Positions 57,501 through 64,000 of a stretch of 64,000 nucleotides of DNA are shown here, piece after piece (positions within the stretch are counted from its first letter, which is position 1; every line of letters starts with the position of its first letter). The translations under genes and the position numbers were made by a program. Origin of the DNA: Candidatus Aminicenantales bacterium (GTDB lineage: Bacteria > Acidobacteriota > Aminicenantia > Aminicenantales > UBA4085); the NCBI GenBank assembly GCA_049515535.1, contig JBEKTZ010000004.1, positions 124,001 to 188,000 on the forward strand, written 5' to 3'. Below the pieces are notes generated by a model that saw only the letters and a program-made list of their open reading frames with translations, was not told the DNA's origin and did not search any database.

Positions 57501-58298
57501 CTAAAAAAGCACGACCGCCTTGATTGAAGCCCCATAGTCCACGTCCAGGCCTCCTCCTGTTTTTTTGTAGGGGAGAGCCGTGATTTCCGCTTTAAGATTG
57601 AACGTCTCGGAGGGATTGAAGGTCGTTCCGAAAGCGATCCCGATCGACCCTCCTCCCGAGATCGTTTTCTCCTCCGTTCCCGTAAGCTCCTGGACGGTTT
57701 CGGCCATGGAGAAAGTTCCCCATAATTTGTTGTACGAAATCGCGAGAAACGGAATGAAATCTTCATATCCGGTGTAGCGGATCACGGGTCCTATTTCGGC
57801 CCGTTGCCAACGCCCTTTTCCATTCAACGAGCCCGTTTGATTGAGGCCGCTGATGGCCAACTCTTTTTGGCGGCCCAAGGACATGACGAATTGGGCCTGC
57901 ACGCCAATCTCATAAGGGTCTATGGAAAAAAGAGTTTTATCGAGGTCGGCCCCCCAAAAAAAACAGCCGATGTTCCCGGCTTCATAATCGATGGAAAAAG
58001 GAAGCTGTCGGAAGACCGTGCCGTTGAAATTCGAAAGACTGTAACCTCCGAAAAGGCCGAGCAGGAAGCCCTTCTGGAGTTCGATTTCCGCCCTGAGGAA
58101 GCCGATGGAGGTTTTCAGCTTGGAAGACAATTGGCCCTCGTCCCAAACGATCGTCCGGGAAAAATATTCGACCCCGAGACCGGGCTTGATCCGTATCCCT
58201 CCGATCTCATTGTCCTGAGCGCGGACGTCAACCGGCCGGAAAATGATTGCGCTGAGGCAAGCGAAACAGACGACGGCCGCAATGCGTTTTAAGGGCAT
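57501..58298 (-). CDS. Putative outer-membrane beta-barrel protein
   Basis: Signal peptide ending VRA; amphipathic strands (GLGVEYF, GLFGGY, AEIGPVIRY, GIAFG); C-terminal F. Confidence 0.65.
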   Translation of the reverse strand: MPLKRIAAVVCFACLSAIIFRPVDVRAQDNEIGGIRIKPGLGVEYFSRTIVWDEGQLSSKLKTSIGFLRAEIELQKGFLLGLFGGYSLSNFNGTVFRQLPFSIDYEAGNIGCFFWGADLDKTLFSIDPYEIGVQAQFVMSLGRQKELAISGLNQTGSLNGKGRWQRAEIGPVIRYTGYEDFIPFLAISYNKLWGTFSMAETVQELTGTEEKTISGGGSIGIAFGTTFNPSETFNLKAEITALPYKKTGGGLDVDYGASIKAVVLF

Positions 58299-58309
58299 GA
58301 GGGACTTCC

Positions 58310-59104
58310 TTATTTCTTTGTTTTGGGCTTAATCGTTTCGATCTCTTTCAGCCGGTCCTGGGCTTTCGCGGCGAATTTGCTTTTCGGGTAATCGGAGACG
58401 AGCTTCGTGAAAAAGGGTTTGCTTTGATCGACGAGTTTCATTTTGAAATTCGAATCTCCCAAATAGAAATAAATCTTGTCCAATCCCGTATAGGCCGGAT
58501 AATTGGTCAGGACCTCTTTCAAACGGTTAATCGCTGCGCTGAAAGCTTCGATCCGATAGTATTGAAGTCCAATCAGAAATGTGCTTTCGGCCAAGTGCTC
58601 TTCGCAGTCCTTTGTCTTTTCCCGGGCGAGTTTGGCTTCCTCGGAAAGGGGATAAGCGGCAATCGTTTTTCTAAATTCCGCGAGGGCCTGGACTGTTTTT
58701 TGCTGATCCCGGCCCGGCGAAAGGATCTTTTCATAAAAACACAGAGCGATTCGGTATTGGGCATAAGGAGTGGACGGGCTGAGAGGATTTTCCGAGATGA
58801 AGGCCCGGTATTCGGAGGCGGCCAGGATCAAGTTGCCTTCGTCTCCTTCATTGAAATAGGAGTCGGCGATGGCCAGCTTGGCTCTCTGGGCATAGAAGCT
58901 TTTGGGAAACGAATCGATCACCTGCCTAAAATAGAGACGCGCTTTTTCCGGATCTTTTTTCAGGGCCTTCTGGCCTTCGTTGAACAACGCTTCATCGGTC
59001 GAGGAAGCGGGAGAAGCCGGAGTGACCTCGATTTTCTTGCCCGCGCAGGCGCCGGCCGCGAGGCCGATAAGTATGATCAAGACGGCGGTTGTTGTGCGTT
59101 TCAT
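58310..59104 (-). CDS. bamD: Outer-membrane assembly lipoprotein BamD
   Basis: Lipobox LAAGA-C; TPR repeats; RDQ motif; A..R...VL..YP. Confidence 0.9.
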   Translation of the reverse strand: MKRTTTAVLIILIGLAAGACAGKKIEVTPASPASSTDEALFNEGQKALKKDPEKARLYFRQVIDSFPKSFYAQRAKLAIADSYFNEGDEGNLILAASEYRAFISENPLSPSTPYAQYRIALCFYEKILSPGRDQQKTVQALAEFRKTIAAYPLSEEAKLAREKTKDCEEHLAESTFLIGLQYYRIEAFSAAINRLKEVLTNYPAYTGLDKIYFYLGDSNFKMKLVDQSKPFFTKLVSDYPKSKFAAKAQDRLKEIETIKPKTKK

Positions 59105-60078
59105 AATAGCTGTCCTTTTTTGTTCGATGGCCGCGAGTCGGGATAAAGCTCCTTAATCCATTCCCATTCCCTGCGGAGCCCTTCTTCGAGCGTCACCTTT
59201 GGCCGGAAGGCCAGATCTCTGCGCGCTTTGTCGATTTGAGCGAAGGTGTGAAGGACGTCGCCTTTTTGACATTCCTCCCGTTTGATTCTGACCGGTTTCC
59301 CGCAGATCCGTTCGAAGAGCGGAAAAAGGCGGTCGAGCGTCTCCCTGTGTCCGCCTCCGATATTGTAAACCTGGCCGATCTTGCCTTTATCGAGGGCCGC
59401 GACATTGGCCTCGACGATGTCGTCCACGTAAGTGAAATCTCGCGTCTGCAGGCCGTCGCCGAAGATCGTGATCTTTTGATGGTCTTTGATGGCCTTGAAA
59501 AACTTGTGAAAGGCCATGTCGGGTCTTTGCCCGGGACCGTAAACTGTGAAGAACCTGAGAGAGACCGTCGGGACGCCGTAGTTTTTGAAGTAGAGAAAGC
59601 ACATCTGTTCGGCCGCCAGCTTGGTCACGCCGTAAGGAGAAAGGGGGCGGGGGAAACTGGTTTCGGTCATCGGAAGGTCGGAGGTCAGGCCATAGACGGA
59701 AGACGAGGACGCGAAAATGATCTTTTGAAGCGGAATGTCTTTCGCGGCCTCCAAGAGCTTTTGCGTGACATGAATGTTGTTTTTCAGGTAAATGGAAAAA
59801 TTATTCCCCCAACTTGCCCGGACGCCGGCCTGAGCGGCCAAATGAAAAACGGCATCGGCGGACGTCAATATTTTTCTCAGGGGGATTTCGTCGAGATCTC
59901 CGGGAATCAACTTGAAATGTCTTGAAGCCGAGAGAGGGGCGATATTTCGCTCCTTGATCCAGCGCGGGTAATAATCCGTGAAACAGTCAATGCCGGTGAC
60001 GGAACATCCCTCTTGGAGGAGGCGCCGGCTGAGATGGGACCCGATGAACCCTGCCGCTCCCGTAACGATGATCTTCAT
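59101..60078 (-). CDS. NAD-dependent nucleotide-sugar epimerase/dehydratase
   Basis: TGAAGFIGS, HLAAQAGVR, ASSSSVYG, YGVTK, FTVYGPGQRPDMA. Confidence 0.9.
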   Translation of the reverse strand: MKIIVTGAAGFIGSHLSRRLLQEGCSVTGIDCFTDYYPRWIKERNIAPLSASRHFKLIPGDLDEIPLRKILTSADAVFHLAAQAGVRASWGNNFSIYLKNNIHVTQKLLEAAKDIPLQKIIFASSSSVYGLTSDLPMTETSFPRPLSPYGVTKLAAEQMCFLYFKNYGVPTVSLRFFTVYGPGQRPDMAFHKFFKAIKDHQKITIFGDGLQTRDFTYVDDIVEANVAALDKGKIGQVYNIGGGHRETLDRLFPLFERICGKPVRIKREECQKGDVLHTFAQIDKARRDLAFRPKVTLEEGLRREWEWIKELYPDSRPSNKKGQLL

Positions 60079-60743
60079 GAGGCATCGGCTCTCCGGGCCG
60101 TCTCCCTCATCCTCCGGATCGCCTCCCGGGGGTCGGGATGGTTGAAAACGGCGTTCCCGGCGACGAAGATCTCGGCCCCGTCGTTCATAAGGACGTTCAT
60201 ATTCTGAAGACCCACCCCTCCGTCGATCTCGATGAGAGTTTTCAGGCCACGTTCCCCTATGCGGCGGCGAAGAGCGCGGATCTTTTCCCGCGAACTTTCG
60301 ATGAACGGTTGGCTTCCGCGACCGGGGTTGACGCACATCAGAAGGACGAAATCGATGGCCGGAAGAATGTCCTCCAGAGCATGGAGGGGAGTGGCGGGGT
60401 TGAGGGCCACGCCGGCTTTTCGTCCGGCTTCACGGATCAGGGAAATGTCGCGGTGAAGATGCGTGGAGGCTTCGGCGTGGATCGAAACCCAGTCGGCGCC
60501 GGCTTCCAGGAACCAAGGCACGACCTCCGCGGGATTGTCGACCATAAGGTGGACGTCGAGAGGAAGAGATGTTTTTTCTTTGAGCAAGCGCACGAGTCGA
60601 GGCCCGAATGTCAAATTGGGGACGTAATGTCCATCCATGATATCGACATGAATCAAGTCGGCCCCGGCGGTCTCGACCAACTTGGCCGCCTCTTCGAGTC
60701 TGGTGAAGTCCGCAGACAGAAGGGAAGGCGCGATATAGATCAT
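60075..60743 (-). CDS. rpe: Ribulose-phosphate 3-epimerase
   Basis: APSLLSADF, HVDIMDGHYVPN, DVHLM, NPG, EIDGG. Confidence 0.95.
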   Translation of the reverse strand: MIYIAPSLLSADFTRLEEAAKLVETAGADLIHVDIMDGHYVPNLTFGPRLVRLLKEKTSLPLDVHLMVDNPAEVVPWFLEAGADWVSIHAEASTHLHRDISLIREAGRKAGVALNPATPLHALEDILPAIDFVLLMCVNPGRGSQPFIESSREKIRALRRRIGERGLKTLIEIDGGVGLQNMNVLMNDGAEIFVAGNAVFNHPDPREAIRRMRETARRADAS

Positions 60744-60744
60744 A

Positions 60745-61461
60745 TTACTTGCTGACCTCAAGAGTGATCTGGCTGCGTTTCTGGACGCGGTACCCGTGCG
60801 CGGGGGACTGATTGATGATGATTCCCGGTTCGAGGCCGTGATAATAACCATAATGAATTTCCGCCACCTGGAAATCCATGGCCTTGAGTTGCTGGATGAC
60901 GGAAACCGCCTTCTTTTCGATAAGGTCGGGCATGATATAGCGGTTTTCCCAGGCCCCCTGGCTGATGAGAAAATTCACGGACGCGTTCCGGTCGGCCGTT
61001 TCCGAAGCCGGCGGCATTTGGGCGATGATCCGGCCCGCGGCGTACTGGGGCGTGTGGATCTGGGAACTTCGGCCTTTGCGCAGACCCGCGGCCTTCAGGA
61101 CTTGATTCGCGTATTCCAGGCTGTGCCCTTCGAGCTTGGGGATGGAGACGCTTTCGTTTCCCTCGGAGATCATGACGTTTACGGTCCGGTTCGCTTTTAT
61201 GCGAGAACCCGGGCCAGGATCATGGGAAATGATCCGGCCTTTTTCATAATGGCTGTCGAATTGACGGCCCTGGATCGCGATCGTCGTTTTCTTCGAGGTC
61301 AGCATAGCGCGCGCTTCTTCAAGATTCTTGCCTTTGAGGTCGGGCAGGATGATGAGTTCGCCCCGAAGGATGAGCTGGGAGGTGAGGTTGGCGGTGATGA
61401 AGAACAGAATGAAGTAAATGAGAAGGTAAAAGGCATAGTCAATTGGTTTCTTTTTTGGCAT
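60745..61461 (-). CDS. Membrane-anchored PASTA-domain protein (three repeats)
   Basis: N-terminal TM; three PxL.G/E...G.II.Q.P repeats. Confidence 0.88.
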   Translation of the reverse strand: MPKKKPIDYAFYLLIYFILFFITANLTSQLILRGELIILPDLKGKNLEEARAMLTSKKTTIAIQGRQFDSHYEKGRIISHDPGPGSRIKANRTVNVMISEGNESVSIPKLEGHSLEYANQVLKAAGLRKGRSSQIHTPQYAAGRIIAQMPPASETADRNASVNFLISQGAWENRYIMPDLIEKKAVSVIQQLKAMDFQVAEIHYGYYHGLEPGIIINQSPAHGYRVQKRSQITLEVSK

Positions 61462-61618
61462 GAATTTTCAGTCGGCCAACCGCCAAATCATCTATACCAT
61501 ATAATGATAACCTAGTAAACAGGCAAAAGGTTGCCCGGTTTTATCGCCGGCGGGCTCTTTCGGATGTGCCTTGATTTCTTTTTTGATATAATAGGCCGGG
61601 CTTATCAAGGAGAAAAAA

Positions 61619-62653
61619 ATGCATAAATATTCCGATTTTCGAAGCGATACGGTCACGACGCCGACGCCAAAAATGCGTCAGGCTATGGCCGAGGCGGAGG
61701 TCGGAGACGACGTCATCGGCATCGACCCGACCGTCGTCAGGCTCGAAGAACTGGCCGCCGCGACCATGGGCAAAGAGGCCGGCCTTTTCTGCCCTTCGGG
61801 AACCATGGGCAATTCCATCGCCGTGAAAGTCTGGACGCAGGAACTTCAGGAAGTCATCGTCGAGGCGCGTTCTCATATTTACAATTTGGAATCCACCCAT
61901 ATGACGTTCATTTCGCGAGTGACGCCCCGGCCCATCCCCTCCGAGCGGGGCGCCATGGACCCTGTCGATATCGAAGCCCAGATCAAGATCCCCAACGTCC
62001 ATACGCCTAGGACGTCGCTCATTTGCGTCGAGAACACGCACAACAACCATAGCGGGGCGGTTCTGCCGATCGAGAACTTGAAATCGATCAGGCGGCTCGC
62101 CGATCGACGCGGCCTCAAGGTCCATATGGATGGGGCCCGGATCTTCAACGCCGGCACGGCTTCGGGCGTCCCGGTGAAGGCCTATGCCGAATGCGCCGAT
62201 TCCGTCATGTTCTGCTTGTCCAAGGGGCTTTGCGCGCCCGTCGGCTCAATGCTCGTCGGGCCCAGGGATTTCATCGATTACGGCCGCCGGATCCGCAAAG
62301 CGCTGGGCGGCGGAATGCGGCAGGTCGGAGTCCTCGCGGCTCCGGGACTCATTGCCCTGACGGAAATGCCAGGCCGGTTGAAAGACGATCATGGACGAGC
62401 CCAAAAGCTGGCCCGGGCGATCGCCGGCCTTCCGGGCATAACCCTTGACCCGGCCAAAATAGAAACCAATATCATCATTTTCGGATTTTCCCATCCGCGC
62501 TATTCGGCGGTTCAATTCCTGGACGAGATGAAACGGAAAGGGGTTCTGGCGATGACCACGGCGGGGGGCATCCGCTTTGTCACCCATAACGACATCGATG
62601 ACGCGGACGTGGATCGGGCGATCGCGGCGTTCACGGAAGTCCTGACAAATTAG
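61619..62653 (+). CDS. ltaE: Low-specificity L-threonine aldolase
   Basis: DFRSDTVT, SGTMGN, ENTHN, HMDGARIFNA, CLSKGL, GGGMRQ. Confidence 0.92.
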   Translation: MHKYSDFRSDTVTTPTPKMRQAMAEAEVGDDVIGIDPTVVRLEELAAATMGKEAGLFCPSGTMGNSIAVKVWTQELQEVIVEARSHIYNLESTHMTFISRVTPRPIPSERGAMDPVDIEAQIKIPNVHTPRTSLICVENTHNNHSGAVLPIENLKSIRRLADRRGLKVHMDGARIFNAGTASGVPVKAYAECADSVMFCLSKGLCAPVGSMLVGPRDFIDYGRRIRKALGGGMRQVGVLAAPGLIALTEMPGRLKDDHGRAQKLARAIAGLPGITLDPAKIETNIIIFGFSHPRYSAVQFLDEMKRKGVLAMTTAGGIRFVTHNDIDDADVDRAIAAFTEVLTN

Positions 62654-62703
62654 CGCGGCGGGATCATCCCGCGGCGGCCTCGGATATCAGGACGGCGATG
62701 TCC

Positions 62704-62888
62704 TTGACGAGCGGCGAATATGCCTCGCGGCTTGCCGCGGGGAGCCGCTCGTGGGGGTTCCAGAGGGGGCATGCCCCCTTGGTCGCAGGGCGGGGTCCAT
62801 GCCCCGCCCGAGAAGGGGGGCAGGGCGACCGGGTCTTCCCGGTGCCCGTTGGAGGGGGAACGCGAAGCGGTCCCCCCCCAAAGTTGAC
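62704..62888. mobile_element. Miniature multi-palindrome element bounded by TTGAC direct repeats (non-autonomous, REP/PATE-like)
   Basis: TTGAC at 62704 and 62884; five consecutive hairpins at 62709-62750, 62764-62779, 62788-62809, 62823-62847 and 62849-62881. Confidence 0.55.
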
Positions 62889-63369
62889 TGAGCGTCACGA
62901 ATATCAGGGCCGCATAAATGATCGCGGAGTCCTTGGGTGTCGTCGCATAGGCTTTGGGCCTGATGATGAACCGTTTGACGATGAAAAACATGACCCCGCC
63001 AAGGACGAGGATGGCGAAGACGTCGACGGCGAGCGAGAAGAAATCGGCGAGAGCGCCCTAGCCGAAGAGAAAAAAATTCGGGAGAAATCCCTCGAGCGTA
63101 TGGTTGATCGTCATCGTGTCGAACGTCAAGGCGCCATAAAAAATACAAACGTGCATGAAACCCGTGAACAGCCGCTCGTTTTTCAGCGTACAGCGCTGGA
63201 AGATGATCCGGCTCAGGGCCTGGACGACGCGTTTCGCTATATGATCAAACCGGTTTTCGGGCCGGCCGGCGCGGACGATTCTCTAACGGCGGTAAAGAGG
63301 TGTCAGGAAAAGAGCGGCCGTCGCCAAGATGATCAAGAAGAAAATGATTTTTTCCGGAATAGAAAGCAT
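62889..63369 (-). pseudogene. Truncated membrane N-terminus of an Fe-S oxidoreductase (FadF/HdrD-like; tentative)
   Basis: MLSIPEKIIFF...YRR*RIVRAGRPENRFD...GFMHVCIFYGAL...FG*GAL...KRFIIRP..., with two in-frame TAG; coding character ends at the element. Confidence 0.7.
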
Positions 63370-63545
63370 CGTGATCCCTCGATTTCTTCTTTGCGAATTT
63401 TGGCGCGTGTATTTTCCAATCATTCGCCGCTCAAGTCAAGACGAGGTCGATGAGTCAAGACGGGGGAGCGGGAATTGTGGCTGCGGCACGGGAATATGTT
63501 AGAATTTAAGGGATTTCGATATTCATCGAACCGGGAGGCAGGAGA

Positions 63546-64000
63546 ATGGTCACGAAGAAAGACATCGCCGTCATCGGCGGCGGGCCGGGCGGATATGTGG
63601 CGGCGATCCGCTGCGCGCAGCTCAAGAAGAGAGTCGTCGTATTCGAAGAAGACGCGGTCGGCGGCACATGCATGAACTACGGCTGCATTCCTACGAAGCA
63701 TCTCCTCCATCAAACCAAGATCTTCAAGGAGATCAAAGCGAGCAAGATGCTGGACGGTCCCGTGGGCCAGATCTCTTGTCACTGGCCGCGGATTCAGGAA
63801 GACAAAAGGAAGGTCGTGACCCGGCTCGTGCGCGGCGTGGAATTCCTGTTCGAGCGATACGGGATCGAGTTGGTCAGAACGAAAGCCGGGCTCAAGGACG
63901 AACGGACGATCGTCACCATGGCCGGCGGCGTCGAGAAGACCTATGAAGCGGATCGCATCATCCTGGCGACGGGCAGCCGCGCGGCCGAGCTGCCTTTTCT
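63546..64000 (+). CDS. lpdA: Dihydrolipoyl dehydrogenase (3'-truncated by the window edge; absent from the ORF track)
   Basis: ATG after AGGAGA; IGGGPGGYVAAIR, GGTCMNYGCIPTK, ILATGS. Confidence 0.92.
   Translation, partial: MVTKKDIAVIGGGPGGYVAAIRCAQLKKRVVVFEEDAVGGTCMNYGCIPTKHLLHQTKIFKEIKASKMLDGPVGQISCHWPRIQEDKRKVVTRLVRGVEFLFERYGIELVRTKAGLKDERTIVTMAGGVEKTYEADRIILATGSRAAELPF

Noticed and set aside
63058..63285. TAG recoding or pyrrolysine in the Fe-S gene fragment
   Set aside because: TAG is the normal stop of lgt, fusA2, mreC, exbD, the subtilase and ltaE in this window, and the gene is also truncated.
62698..63453. 251-aa plus-strand ORF
   Set aside because: Antisense shadow of the pseudogene plus the palindromic element; no recognisable motifs.
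1..64000. CRISPR array, rRNA/tRNA, prophage or defence island
   Set aside because: No regularly spaced repeats, RNA-gene signatures, integrase or phage genes were seen by eye; a short or degenerate RNA gene could have been missed.

Overview
GC-rich, gene-dense chromosomal segment of a diderm bacterium (it has lgt/lspA, bamD and several outer-membrane barrels). Gene content and style suggest an Aminicenantes/Acidobacteriota-like or deltaproteobacterial-like anaerobe; this is inference, not a database result. Most of the window is housekeeping: nadC-nadB; ileS-lspA-lgt-rluD plus a second-type EF-G; mdh-icd divergent from acnB; def-fmt; mreBCD-mrdA-rodA-radical SAM; nusA-infB-DUF503-rbfA-DHH-truB; PASTA-rpe-epimerase-bamD-barrel-subtilase-recN-miaB; ltaE; lpdA. 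I found no rRNA, tRNA, CRISPR array or intact transposase. The most notable items are: (1) an orphan Cys-free GspG-like pilin with an exact sigma-54 promoter and tandem upstream dyads, lying between two gene relics; (2) a three-way-junction RNA in the ileS leader that is not a T-box; (3) several GC-rich multi-hairpin intergenic elements, one bounded by TTGAC and sitting where an Fe-S oxidoreductase pseudogene breaks off; (4) a secreted protein with an unrecognised domain, two PKD/Ig repeats and a small C-terminal beta-barrel; (5) an outer-membrane barrel and subtilase pair inside the bamD-recN operon; (6) several apparently leaderless promoters. None is a demonstrated new system; all are testable hypotheses.
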